Shown: in pieces, positions 25,772 to 38,974 of the stretch
Layout of the letters: every line of letters starts with the position of its first letter
How positions within the stretch are numbered: position 1 is the first letter of the stretch
NCBI GenBank assembly: GCA_030390025.1
Contig: CM059431.1
Location: 143,284,001-143,348,000, forward strand
From: Squalus acanthias
Taxonomy: Eukaryota
Direction of reading: 5' to 3'
DNA: 64,000 bases
The notes under the pieces: generated by a model
The model's database searches: none
The model's input: the letters and a program-made list of their open reading frames with translations, nothing else
What the model was told of the DNA's origin: nothing
Program-made: the position numbers and the translations under genes

Positions 25772-28700
25772 CAGCTCCCCCCAGAATCCGCTTAGGAGGT
25801 GTGGGCAAGACGCTGCGGTGGTCTGATGGGCCAGCCGGAGCAGCTCTTGTAGGACGCCGGTGGACGTGGAACGGCCGGGCGTGGAGCAGCCGGGTGAACC
25901 GGCTTGAGGGCAGGTCGGCCACGTGGCAGTGGATGAGCTACAGGGACCTGCTCACCGGGCTCCGAGTGTGCTGGCTTGAGTCAGTCAACCAACACTTTTT
26001 CGGTCCTGTCGCCGACTTGCATGGTGAAAAATTTGTCCCCAGCATGTAGCACCTTGTAGGGCCCATTGTACGGGGGTTGAAGGGGTCCGCGGTGGGCGTC
26101 GTGCCGGATGAAAACGAACTGTGCCTGATGCAGGCTTAGTGGGACGTGTGAGGTGGATTCGCCGTGTCAGGCAATGGGCACCGGGGCGAACTGCAGCACC
26201 GGTGAGGCGAAGTCGTGGCGTTGCTGGTCGGCTGACCAGGGTGTCGTGGCGGTGGGCAGGAACTCGCCGGGTACATGCAGCAGCTGACCGTACACGAGCT
26301 CTGCTGCCGATGCGTGGAGGTCTTCTATAACCGCGGTGCGCAGGCCGAGGAGGACCCACGGAAGTCGATCGGTCCAGGCGCCATCCTGGAGGCTGGCTGG
26401 AAGAGATGCCTTCAAGGATCTGTGGAACCACTCACACAGTCCGTTGGCTTGGGGGTGGTACGCTGTGGTGCGGTGAATGGTCACCCCGAGATTGCGTGCG
26501 ACGCCGATCCAGAGTTCAGAGGTAAATTGCGGACCTCTGTCCGAAGTCATGTCAGAGGGGACGCCAAACCGTGCAAAACAGGTGCTGATGAAGGCTCTGG
26601 CGATGTCGGCGGTGGTGGTAGAGATCAGTGGAATTGCGTCGGCCCAGCGCGTGGTGCGGTCAACGATCGTCAGCAAGTGCGTGTGGCCTTGCGACGGCGG
26701 CAGGGGCCCGACGATGTCCACGTGGATGTGGACGAATCTACGCGAAGAGACGGTAAACTCCTCGAGGGGTGCTTTCGTGTGTTGCTGAACCTTGGCCGGT
26801 TGGCAGGCTAGGCAGGAGTTGGCCCAAGTACGCACATCCTTACGAAGGCCGCGCCAGACAAAGCGGTTGGCTACCAATTTGATGGATGCGTGGGCGCCGG
26901 GGTGGGAGAGGTTGTGCAGAATCTCGAATACCCGGTGGCGCCAGGACGCTGGGACGACGGGCCGAGGTTGACATAGGGATATGTCGCACTTGACCGTGAC
27001 TGCGGTCGGGCACAGGCGACGTCGGCCAGTCATAGCCCTGGTAGGTTGGTAGGTGCGGAGAGCAGATCAGGGTCGGTGATCTAGTCTGCTGCGAGCTGAG
27101 CGTAGTTGACTGCCAGGTGTGCGGCGTGGATGGCGGTGCGGGAGAGGCAGTTGGCTACCACATTGTCTCAGCCAGAGACGTGTTGGATGTCCGTGGTGAA
27201 CTCGGACACCGCCGCGAGCTGGCACTGCTGCCTGGCGGACCAGGGGTCGCTTGTCTTTGCCATTGCGAATGTCAGGGGTTTGTGGTCGACAAACGCAGTG
27301 AAGGGGTGGCCCTCCAGCAAAAAACGAAAATGGCGGACCACCAGGAACAGCGTGAGGAGTTCGCGGTCGAAGGTGCTGTACTTGACCTCCGGGGGGCATA
27401 GTTAGCGGCTGAAGAAGGCAAGTGGTTGCCAGTTGCCGTCGACCCACTGCTCATACACGGCACCGACCACGTGGTCGGAGGCGTCCGTGGTGAGCCCTAC
27501 CCTGGCATTGGGCCATGGGTGCGCGAGCAGGGTGGCGTTGGCGAGCGCGGTCTTGGTGGAGTCGAAGGCAGCTGATGCGTCTGCCGTCCATTCGACCGCC
27601 ATTTTGCCGCTCCTGCCCCGGAGGGCTTCATACAGGGGTCTCATGAGGGACGCCGCTTTGGGGATGAAGCGTTTGTAGAAATTCACCATCTCGAGGAACT
27701 CCTGGATGCCTTTGATGGTGGTGGGGCGGGGAAATTGTTGGACTGCCTGCACCTTGGTGGGCAGGGGAATGGCCCCAGCATGGGAGATGTGGTGGCCAAA
27801 GAAGTCGATCTTGTCCAGGCCGAACTGGCATTTGGCTGGGCTGAGGATGAGCCCGTGGTTGGTGAGGTTCCCGAACAGGATGCAAAGGTGTTCGAGGTGT
27901 TCCTGCTTGGAGGAACTGGCTACCAGGATGTCGTCCAGGTAGACGAACAGGTACTTCGGGTCCCGAAGGACCGAGTCCATGAGCCGTTGGCATGCCTGGG
28001 CCGCATTTTTGAGGCTGAAGGGCATCCACAGGAACTCGAAAAGGCCGAAGGGGATGATTACGGCCGTCTTGGGGACGTCCGCGGGGTGGACAGGGACTTG
28101 GTGGTAGCCGCGCACCAGGTCGACCTTGGAAAAGACTGAGCGGCCGGCCAGTCTAGCCGAGAAGTCCTGGATGTGTGGCATAGGGTACTGATCCGGGGTG
28201 GTGGCGTCGTTGAGGTGGAGGTAATCCCCGCAGGGGCGCCAACCCCCGTCTGGTTTGGGGGCGATGTGGAGTGGGGAGGCCCAGGGACTGTTGGAGCGGC
28301 GGATGATGCCGAGCTGTTCAATGGTGGCAAACCCGGTCCGCGCGATCTCCAGTTTGGCCGGGTCCAGCCTGCGGGCGTGGGCGTACACTGGGGGGTCTGT
28401 GGTGGGTATGAAGTGTTCCACCCCGTGTTTGGCAGCCTCCGCGGAGAAGGTCGGATTGGTAAGGGCTGGGAATTCGCCCAGGAGTGCCGAGTAGTCATCC
28501 GTGGCCCGAGCGTGGCACTGTTATGCCATGTCGGCGGGTTGACGGGGGGCCATGGCGCCCAGGATGGGGGATATGGTGTTCATGTCCACGAGGCGGTATC
28601 GAGGGATGTCTACCAGTAGGCCGTGGGCGCACAGGAAATTTGCGCCGATGAGAGGGGAGAGCACCTTGGCAGTGATGAACTCCTATCGGTAGCGGCGACC

Positions 28701-29348
28701 AGCGAGGTTGAGGGTGACTGTCCGGGTGCCGTACTTCCGGATTTCCGAGCCGTTAGCCGCAGCCAGCGCCGGTCCTCGTTTGCCCTTTTGGATGTCGAGG
28801 GAGGAGACCGGGATGATGCTGTGCTGAGCTCCAGTGTCGCACAGGAACCGGCGGCCGGTTTTGTCATCTGTGACATACAGCAGGGAGCCCGCGTGGCCCA
28901 CGGCCATCACGGGGGCTGGTACGGGGGCGGACTTGAAAGAGCAGGGAGGTGTGCACCGTTGTGCCCTGGCGCCGAACTGTGCATGGTAGTAACAGTGGCC
29001 GGGGTTAGTGGGGCGCGAAGGCCCCGTGGGCCTGGTGGCGGTTCCTTGTGGCCGTGAGGTTTGCGTCCAGGCATCGGCTGCCAGGTCCGGAGTGACTTTG
29101 CGGCTGGAGTGAGCGGACAGCAGCTTGTCGGCCTCATCGGCCAGGGGTTCCAGGTCCGTCAGGCCGGACGCCACGATCGCTGGGCGGATGCTGAGAGGTA
29201 GCTGGCGGATGAACAGCATGCGGCAGAGGGATCTGGGTGGGCTCTCGTCGGTGAGGGAGAGCATGTGGGAGAGGAGGTCAGACGGTGAGGGATCACCGAG
29301 GCCTGGAAGGTCGAGGAGGTGGCAGTTTCGCTGGTATGCCGAGGCCGT
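25537..29348 (-). mobile_element. Ty3/Gypsy retrotransposon, CsRn1/Kabuki-type (CHCC gag), 5'-truncated, with stop codons
   Basis: Gag CYYH-X9-C-X3-C, PR FLCDTGA, RT YLDD, RNase H LTTDAS, integrase HVDIVGPLP...TSDRG...YHPQANG, in PR-RT-RH-IN order. 3' LTR at 25537-25771 followed by a PPT. Confidence 0.92.
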
Positions 29349-29459
29349 AATTTTTTTAAGGAGCACTGCCAATAACTTCTCCCCTTTATATTGTCGTCCT
29401 CTGGATATAAATACCAGCATTCCATTAGGCTATTTTGATCAAATTCTTTGGGAGGACTA

Positions 29460-29930
29460 AAATGGAAAGACAGTAAAATATACATGGCACAACTTTGAAA
29501 ATTGTAAATTATCAGAGAAACCTTGTTGTCCATATACAGATCCTTAAATGTGGCAGGATAAGTTGAGAAGTTTGTTAAAAATGAAATGATTTATTTGGGT
29601 TCATAAATAGAGGGACAGAATATAACAGCAAAGTGATAATGCTAGAAATTTATAAATCACTGGTAAAGCATCAGTTGGAGCATTGTTGACCATTCCAACA
29701 CCACCCTTCAGGAAATATGTAAATGTCTTGGAAAGGGGACAGAGGAGTTTTAACAAGATATTACCAGGGATGAGGGTCTTCAGTTATGAGGAGAAGTTGG
29801 TAAAGTCAGGACTGTTCTCCTTGGAACAGGGAAGTTAAGAGGTGACCTAATAGAGGTTTTCAAGATGATGTGAGGTTTGATGGAGTAGATACAGAAATAC
29901 TATTCCCTCTGGCGAGTGGGTCAATAACTA
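29460..29930 (+). mobile_element. Old CR1 3' fragment
   Basis: Decayed RT C-terminal region. Its junction with the cassette is shared with the inverted copy at ~49200. Confidence 0.75.
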
Positions 29931-32440
29931 GAGATATTGGCTAGTTTTATATACCAGAGAATTCCCAGTCAAATTAACGCATCAAAGGCCAGGTATTGTA
30001 CCAGATGCTAAACTTCTCCCAATAGCTTGTTAAACTCTCACCTCAGCAAAATCATCGACTGAAGAGATTCTCAGTAAACATCCTCACATTTCCAATCATT
30101 GTTGAAAATCCCATTTCTGGTCGTCGACACTGGGGATCTTGAACCCAACCTAACTACCTTTCTCCAGTCCCAGTTAGTGTAGTGATGATTGGATTCTCTC
30201 TCTCCACCTTCCTAGGTTACTGATCAATCAAATAAACTTTTAACATAAATATGATTCATCTTGATTATAGAATCTGTTAAAGGAAAACAATGGGACTGTG
30301 TTCGTGATTATTAATATATTTAATTTGATAATATTTACAACGTGTTTGAATTACTTAATTTAATGTTAAATCGTACTTTTCTTTGCCCCTATTTCTAGGC
30401 AATAAAATCACTCACAATATCTGATGCCAAATCCAGCTCCGCCCGCATTGACATCCCACTGATGGTGTGCAACCAGAGGCAGAAACCTGTCTCGAGATGA
30501 CATCACAAATGAGACAGTAGCCAATCACACTGCGTCCAGGAGAAATGTCACAAAACAGCTGGACTCCCTCCCACTCGATGTGTTTCATATACAGAGTAAA
30601 GCTCCCGCTACAATGTCCAATCAAACACTCTCATGGCAGGTACAGTACGGGTTAAATATAGGGTATAGCTTCCGTTCTACTGCAACATCAAATATTCCCA
30701 GGGCAGGTACTGTAGGGGTTAAATACAGTGTAAATCTCGCTGTATTTTAGTTCATCAAGCACAGTCAACTCACATACATCATGTGTTCAATGCAGCGTAA
30801 CCTCCTCTGACACTATCCAGTGAAGCAAACCAACTCAGGCACAGCACGGTACGGTTACAGGATAAAATTCAGTGTACATGTAATTCTTAAGCGCTCCCAG
30901 GTGGGGTGTGGACAAGTTTCGCACACGAGTGAATCGCCAGTAAAATTTGCCGCATCAAATGCTGACCTTGTGGCAAATGTTGAATAGTTGCCGATACCGA
31001 TTTCGACTCTCACCTCGGCAAAATCCTGGACTTATTTGATTCTCAGGAAAGTTCCCCATCCTTCTAATCATTGCTGAAGCTTTCTGTATTATCCCGTCTT
31101 TGAATCTGGGCTCCATGATACCTCCAGTTCTGTTATATGAGCCCAATGGCGTTTTTCCAGTTCCAGGTAATGTTGTGATGATTCGACTTCTCTCTCTCTC
31201 TGCACCTTCCTGAGATTCTGTTAACCCCAAGAAACTATCAATATAAACATGATTATTAAGAATTCCATAAACTGTGATCGGAATACAATGTGAGTAATTT
31301 TCCGACTACGAATATATTTAATTTGAATATATTTACAATTAATGACATTTGATTGAATTATTTGTTTAATATTAAATTGTTCTTTTCTTTCCTTACCCCT
31401 ATTTATAGGGGCTATACTCACTCACAATATCTCTTTCCAACTCCAGCTCCGCCCACAGTAACTCACCAATGATGAGGCGTCACCAGTGGTGGAAACCTGT
31501 CTCCAGGTGACATCACAAAGGAGCCAGGAGCCAATCATACAGCAGCTAGTAAAAATGTCACAAAGCAGCAGGAGCTCCGCCCAGTCGAGGTGTCACAGTG
31601 TCACATGACCATACTCCGCTCCGAATGTGCAGTCTCACTGGGAATAAACACATGTTGTATATTAAGTCCTGTTTCAGACCCCGTTCCCATGTACTAAGAC
31701 CCCAGGCAAGGAGGAAAGCCTCGCAAAATTGCCTCTTAAGCATTTCCCTCCGAATATCCATATAAAAGGACCCACTACCAAAAATTCATCTTTTGATTTA
31801 TACACGCCAAATTCTCCCTTGCATAATATCAGGCAGAGTGTGGCAGTGGAAGGCAGGTAGAGGTAATCGTGCATCGAAGAAAATATAACAAGCTGTTCTG
31901 TGTTCTAAAACAAGTCTATTCCCTGTAACAGGAAGGGGCATCAGAGGCAATGTGGTGGGATCATCAGGTCTATTAATGTATTGAGACATTGGAGCAATAA
32001 TAGAGGTGAAATCTTGGGCATAACATTTAAAGCTCCGTCTACACTCGCCCATCAAACACTCGCAGTTAAGTTACAGCAAGAGATACATACAGTGTAAAAC
32101 TCTCTCTACACTGTACCATCAAACACTCCCAGGTAAGGCACAGCACGGGTCAGATACAGAATAAAGTTGCCTCGACACTGTTCCATCCACCATTCACCGC
32201 ACAGGTACAACACGGGTTAGAAACAGAATAAAGCACCTTCAACACTGTCCCATCGAAAACTCACAGGACACGTAAACAGGGGTTAGGTACAATATAAATC
32301 TCAACGTACAGACATTAATCAAGCACAGTGAACTCAGATACAGCATGTGTCCAAATAAGCGTACAGCTCCCCTGACACTACCGAACGAAGCACACCATCT
32401 CACGTAAAGCATGGTATGAATACAGGACAGAAATCCTTAA
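29930..32440 (-). repeat. Tandem promoter-like cassette (two copies) interleaved with 67-bp satellite arrays (~30570-30750, ~32020-32310)
   Basis: 30410-30570 resembles 31420-31600, and 29960-30400 resembles 30940-31410. Satellite unit is like agagtaaagctccctctacactgtcccatcaaacactcccagggcaggtacagcacgggttagatac. Confidence 0.85.
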
Positions 32441-32469
32441 ATGTGTAAGCATCAAGAACTCCTTGGGTG

Positions 32470-33442
32470 TTCCCCGAGGTTCATTGCTGAGTTACTGCTT
32501 TTTTTGATATATATAAATGACCTGGATATCGGAATACAGAGTAAAAATTCTAAATTTGCCGAAGACACCAAATTTGGGGTTGTGGCAAACAGTGAGGATG
32601 ATACCTATCGATTGCAACAGGACATAGAAAGGCTAGCAGAATGGGCAGACACGTGGCAGATGGAATTTAATACAGAGAAGTGTCAGGTGATGCATTTAGG
32701 CAGAAAGAACAGGGAGAGGCAATATGCAATTAATGGCATGTTTTAAAGAGTGTATAGGGACAGAGGGACATGAGAGTTCATGTGCAAAGTTCCCTGAAGG
32801 TGGAAGGACATATAGAGAGAGTGGTTAGCAAAGCATATGGGATCGTGGGCATCATAAATAGTTGTTTTGAGTATAAAAGTAGTGAAGTTATGCTGATTCT
32901 TTATAAAGCGCTGGTTAGGCCACAACTGGAGTATTGCGTCCACTTCTGGTCACCACACTTTAGGAAGGATGTGAAGACCCTTGAGAGGGTGCAGTGTAGA
33001 TTGACCAGAATGGGTCCGGGGTTGGGGGATCTTAGCTACAAGGACAGGTTGGAGAAGCTGGATTTGTTTTCATTCGAGCAAAGGAGGTGGAGGGGTGATT
33101 TGATGGAGGTGTACAAGATTATGACGGGTTTGGATAGGCAAGACGGGGAAAGGCTGTTCCCACTAGTTGATGGTACACGGGCTAGGGGACACAAATTTAA
33201 GGATTTGGGCACGAGATATAGGGGGGATGTGAGGAAAATCTGTTTTACATAGCGAGTGGTGGAAGCGGAGACACTCAAAATTTTGAAGGGGATACTGCAT
33301 AGGCATTTCAGGGAATTAAACTTGCAGGCTACGGGGATAGGGCGGGGGAATGGGACTGGCTGGATTGCTCTACAGAGAGCCGTCATGGACTCGATGGGCC
33401 GAATAGACTCCTTCTGTGCCGTTATGACTCTATGACTCTATG
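32470..33442 (+). mobile_element. CR1 LINE 3' part
   Basis: IYINDL, KFAEDTK, RPQLEYCVHFWSP, and a (ctatgact)n tail. Confidence 0.92.
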
Positions 33443-33588
33443 TGGTCCAAATTGATTTCTGGTCCCAGAATTCAGTCTATGATCATTTTACGAAGGAACA
33501 TCGTTTGATATTGAACCTCCTGAGTCCGACACATCAACAGGCCTTCGCTGGGCCATCCGCATCCCACTCCACAGGACCCAGTGACCTC

Positions 33589-34329
33589 GGCCCAGAAATT
33601 GATCTCGCTCTGTTCCCGCGGGGGTAAGGAGCAGGCGCGATCTCTCACTCCGCGTTGGCTTTTTCAGATCCAGCTCACACGAACTTGATGTTCCAGACAT
33701 CAGCTGGGCAGTGCTTGCGTATCCCACCGGCGTAGTGAATTCGTGCGAGCTGTGGGATCACGTGACTCAGTTAGAGCCAATGGCAGCACACCATCTTCCA
33801 TTCATAAGTTTCACATACGTGCTGTGAAAGCTATGAATCTTACACACCCCCAAAATAACAGCTAAACCTCAATTAAATTAAAAAAAAACCATCACATTAA
33901 TAAAATAAGTATAGTTAAATAAATTAACCATTTTAAATAAAAAATTAAATTTTGAAAAAGTTTAAAATCTTTTAAAAAGTTATAACAATAAACTTACCTG
34001 TCTTTAAAGTCTCTAAAAAAGATATACCTGTTAAAAAAAATTCAAAAAAATACTTAATTCACTACTTACCTTGTTAAAAGTGGGTCTTACTCCTCCTTTT
34101 TCCATTTCTAAAATCTACCGTCCTTACCTGCGCGTACAAAGCACTAAGTGCACAGCGTGCGCGCAGCCTGTAGCGCGCACGCGATGCACCGAGGAACCGC
34201 CCCCTTTTCCAAAGACCAAGTGCCGGTTTTCAGCGCATGCGCAGGGCATGCAGAAAACCGGCAATTGGAGAGAGAATACGCGAGAGTACGCAGTGCGTAC
34301 TCTCGCGCAGCGGGATAAATTTTTGGCCC
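33589..34329. mobile_element. Non-autonomous DNA transposon/MITE (GGGCC-type TIR)
   Basis: Termini ggcccagaaatt ... aaatttttggccc. Internal similarity to 54374-55133 (gggatcacgtg, agccaat, AT-rich core). Confidence 0.7.
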
Positions 34330-34524
34330 ATTGTGTCACAGGACAGATGGATCAAAGTCAAAGAATTGGAAGTCTCTCACTTACGCACACAGGTGCACTC
34401 CTTTGCTCCAACTTCTCTCTTTATATTTCAGTCTATTTCTGTCTCTCTGTCTGTTTCTCTCTCTCTCCTTGTATCTCTCTCTCACCACCGCTCTATTGCT
34501 CTGTCTCTCTGCTTCACAAAAGCA

Positions 34525-35085
34525 ACAACAATTTGCATTCATATAGCGACTTTAACGAAGTGAAACGTCACACGGTGCCTCACAGGAGCGATAGCGCAAA
34601 CAATTTGACACCGAGGCACACATGGAGATGTTAGGACAAGGGATCTTGGTCAAAGAGGTAGGTTTGAAGCCGCGTCTTCAATGCGGAGAGAGAGGTGAAG
34701 CAGTGGAGAGTTACAGGGAGGGACTGCCAGAGCTTGAGGCCTAGACGGCTGAAGTCACGGCCGCCAATGTTGAAGCGAAGGACATCGGGGTTCACAAGGT
34801 GGCAGAATCTGAGGAATGCAGAGCTCTGGGAAGATTTTTGGGCTGGAGGATGTTACAGAGATAGGGATAAGCGATCCATGGATGGATTCAACACAATAAA
34901 TTTAAATCGAGTTGTTGCTGGGCTGCGAGCCAATGTAGGCCAGCGAGGTGTTGGTGAACCGGACCTGGTGCGAGTTAGGACACGGGCAGCAGAGTTTTGT
35001 AAGAGCTGAAGTTTACAGAGGGTGGAAGATGGGAGGACGGCCAGGAGAATATTGGAATAATCGAGTCTGGTGGCACAAAAGCAAA
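34525..35085 (-). mobile_element. L2 LINE 3' end
   Basis: RLDYSNILLAVLPSSTLCKLQLLQNSAARVLTRT plus an L2 tail. Confidence 0.85.
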
Positions 35086-35714
35086 GATGTAACAAAAAAA
35101 CCCTGTCTGTCGATCGCTCTCACACTGTCTGTACAGTCCGAATGAAGCACCACCTGGGCGGAGTAGAGACGAGACACTCTGCCAGGAAAAAGAACTTAAA
35201 GACAGGTGAGCGAGAGCATCCATCAAAAGGAATCTTTAGAATGGGAAGAGTCGCCGTGTGAAGTGCCCGAAATACTGGTGCTGAGGGTTGTGTTATTTTT
35301 ACACAGACGAGCTGAACGACGGTAACAAAAGATATTTACAGGACACATCAAATTGAATTCAGAAATTAATCGCGACATTGAATCCAGAGAATGCCTGGGT
35401 CTATCCAGTATGACCCCCCTGCAGTGCGCCTGCTCTGTCTGTGCCCTGTTGTTCAGCAGTCTGCGGTTTGTCGGGTATAAAAATTGGTAACCTGGTATTC
35501 AATTAAAAGGACGAGTTTTGCAGTCCCGCCCATTCACACGGCCCAGGCCAACACCACCTCCCCCCAATACCCTGCCCACCCTTACCCCACACCGCCCAGT
35601 GGCGATCCCTGTCATGGCCGAGCGCCGGCAGTAAGCGGAGGAAAATGCAATCGCCGTTCCGGACCTCGCAGGTGATGGAGACCTTGTGGCTTCATTCCAA
35701 CATGACCTCACTCG

Positions 35715-36155
35715 CAGCATCAATCATTTCTTCAATGTGTCCAGAGTTTCCCCTCCACTGATCTACCTGGGAGTCCGCTCCAAGTGTCAGCATCAATCAT
35801 TTCTTCAATGTTTCCAGAGTTTCCCCTCCACTGATCTACCTGGGAGTCCGCTCCAAGTGTCAGCATCAATCATTTCTTCAATGTTTCCAGAGTTTCCCCT
35901 CCACTGATCTACCTGGGAGTCCGCTCCAAGTGTCAGCATCAATCATTTCTTCAATGTTTCCAGAGTTTCCCCTCCACTGATCTACCTGGGAGTCCGCTCC
36001 AAGTGTCAGTATCAATCATTTCTACAATGTTTCCAGATTTTCCCCTCCACTGATTTACCTGAGAGTCCGCTCCAAGTGTCAGCATCAATCATTTCTACAA
36101 TGTTTCCAGAGTTTCCCTTCACTGATCTACCTGGGAGTCCGCTCCAAGTGTCAGT
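35715..36155. repeat. 73-bp minisatellite, 6 near-identical units
   Basis: Units start at 35715, 35788, 35861, 35934, 36007 and 36080. Confidence 0.97.
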
Positions 36156-36164
36156 CACTCTTTG

Positions 36165-37254
36165 TTTCATTGATGGCGGAGCCCAAAAGACAAGTGTAAA
36201 AGACAAGGCTGAAGCTTTTGCTGCAATTTTCAGCCAGAAGTGCCGAGTGGATGATCTAACTCGGCCTCCTCCTGAGTTCCCCACCATCACAGAAACCAGT
36301 CTTCAGCCAATTCAATTCACTGCACGTGATATCAAGAAATGGCTGAGCGCACTGGATAGAGCAAAGGCTATGGGCCCCAACAACATCCCGGCTGTTGTGC
36401 TGAAGACTTGTGCTCCAGAACTAGCCGCGCCTCTAGCCAAGCTGTTCTTGTACAGCTACAACACTGGCATCTACCCGATAATATCGAAAACTGCCCAGGT
36501 ATGTCCTGTCCACAAAAAGCAGGAGAAATTCAACCCGGCCAATCACCGCCCTATCAGTCTACTCTCAATCATCAGCAAAGAGATGGAAGGTCTCATCAAT
36601 AGTGCTATCAAGTGGCACTTACTCACCAATAACCTGCTCACCCATGCCCAGTTTGGGTTCCGCCAGGATCACTCGGCTCCAGACCTCTGTACAGCCTTGA
36701 TCCAAACATAGACAATGGACCTGAATTACAGAGGTGAGGTGAGAGTGACTGCACTTGATATCAATGCAGCATTTGACCGAGTGTGGCATCAAGGATGTCG
36801 AGTAAAATAGAGGTCAATGGGAATCAGGGGTAAACTATCCATTGGTTGGAGTCGTACCAAGCACAAAGGAAGTTGGTTGTGGCTGTTGGAGATCAATCAT
36901 CTCAGGCACTGGGAATCGCTGCAGGAGTTCCTCAGGGCAGTGTCCTAGGCCCGACCATCTTCAGCTGATTCATCACTGACCTTCCCTCCATCATAAGGTC
37001 AGAAAAGAGGATGTTCGCTGATGATTGCGTAGTGTTCAGCGCCATTTACAACTCCTCAGATAATGAAGCAATCCATGCCCGCACTCAGCAAGACATGGAC
37101 AACATTCAGTTTTGGGCTGATAACTAGCAAGTAACATTTGCGCCAACAAGTGCCAGGCAATGACTATATTCAACAAGAGAGCGTCTTACCACAGCCCTTT
37201 GACATTTAGCGGCTTTACCACCGCTGATTCCCCCACCATCAAAATCATGGGGGG
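36165..37254 (+). mobile_element. CR1-group LINE RT fragment
   Basis: KAMGPNNIPAVVLK, RPISLLS, AQFGFR, GVPQGSVLGP, FADD. Confidence 0.9.
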
Positions 37255-37828
37255 TATAAGATCTCATTGATCTCTCAGAGTTCTTGGACGAGACACCAAT
37301 AGGCAGCAGCCAGTATGTTTGAGCAATAGATCAATATTTATTAAGCTTACAGCGTAATATAGTTAACATTAGGCGATAGTTTTAACGAGTATCTCGCAGC
37401 CCTTTGTCTCTGGAGCCGCTCAGACACAGATGGCGTCGTCTTAAGTCTGTTCCTTTGTTCTCGCAGTAAAACTGAGTGCATTTATTCTTTGAGTATCAAG
37501 TTTTTAACCCATTTCTTATCAAAAGTTGGTTTGGCCATTGTTCATATATGGTCTTTAACAAAATCACCTTCTTTAATTGGTTCTAATGGTTAAAATACCA
37601 TTGTCACTCAGACTAAGGGTAGCATCTTGGCCATTCCCTTTTCCAATAATTTTCCACAACCCTATTCTGCTGTCTTGTTACCTTGTTTGTAGTTCTTCAG
37701 CCCATTGGAATTTACCATATCTCTCGATTGCTGCCTCCCTGAAACAAGCATTGCAAGGCCTTATACCAAGGGCCCAGCCCATGTCAGGGCTGTTTCACTA
37801 GTCTTGACGGTATCCAGAATATCTTACT
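37255..37828 (-). mobile_element. Probable solo LTR
   Basis: Imperfect termini tataagat...atcttact and a minus-strand AATAAA at ~37337. Sits between LINE pieces; no TSD found. Confidence 0.45.
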
Positions 37829-37964
37829 TCAATCCATCACCTTAAACATTCATTCCCTTCAGCAGTATTGAAAAAGAAACAAAAAAGTAAAATGTATAAC
37901 TAATTAATCAGTTTGAGTTGAGCAGAAACTTCTCATAATAATGAGGATTCTGGTGTATCCCATT

Positions 37965-38641
37965 GGCCCGGATTTTCCCGGGCCTCTGATCAAGGACGCG
38001 CCCCGCACATTCCGGGTTTCAGCTTGACAGATCATACGAACCCCTGGGAAATGGACATTCAGTGGCGGAGAGTGGGGTTTTTAACCAACTAATGACGAGC
38101 GAATGCCCGTGAAACACTTACGCCTGGTAAAAGCGAGCGTGAGCCCTTCTTTTAACAGCATGAGGATTTAAGTAGATATTTTTTTAATTATTTAAACAGA
38201 AAAAATCTTAAAAATTAGATTAGGTTATTTTTGGAACCTTTATTAAATTTATTTTCAAAAAATTAAATTTTTGATTAAATTTGTATTTTGTATAAAAAAT
38301 TTATTTTTATTAATTTTAAACGTAATTTTTTTAATTTCAGTTTTGTGAAAAATTAATTTTGGGTGATTTCTATTATGTTTATGGAGATTCCGTATGTAAA
38401 TAGAATCCCCATAAGCATAATGGGAATCCCCTTTTTTTGTTTGGTTGCACCGGCCCACATGATCCCAGCGACACTTGCGAACCACATGCGCTCCTGGGAT
38501 ATGCGGACCTTTATAAAGACGTACGCATAGAGACCCAGGAGCGCAAGTGTTCGTAGGGCCCGAGGCAGCAGGTAGGTGCGTATTTTATTTGTGGTTCAGA
38601 GGCTTTTACACGCGGGAAGTCTCGACCGCAATTTCAGTCCC
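37965..38641. mobile_element. MITE related to 33589 and 54374, opposite orientation
   Basis: Termini ggcccggattt ... aatttcagtccc. Contains ggcccacatgatcccag and the AT-rich core. Confidence 0.6.
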
Positions 38642-38974
38642 AATATATTCTTTCTCCACCCTGTCCAAAACCACGTGAGCTCTTGTGAGAGGCGAAAAAC
38701 CAAATTGAAACCCAGGACACTTTGTGGAGAATAATGTGGGATTATTCTCCCTAATTCAGCGAGAAGGCGTCCATCGCACGAGACGGCAGCCTTTCCCAGA
38801 GTTCCACTATTCTCTAGTTAAATAATCAACTCCACAGGGATCAGGACAAGGCAAGGGTTAGCTCAAATTTCAAATTTGCGATTGCTAAAATAAATCAATG
38901 AACTTCTACCTCTTGTTTTCAATGAAGTAACATGGGTATAAATAGGAAAATTTGCACCGATTTTTTAATTAATT

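Noticed and set aside
25756..29460. Many overlapping ORFs on both strands
   Set aside because: Shadow ORFs of the GC-rich Gypsy gag-pol.
30955..31230. TLPGTGKT resembling a Walker A/NACHT P-loop
   Set aside because: It lacks the first Gly, and the paralogous copies read TLTGTGER with stops or frameshifts.
35715..36155. CRISPR-like regular repeats
   Set aside because: The units are contiguous with no unique spacers, there are no cas genes, and the context is eukaryotic.
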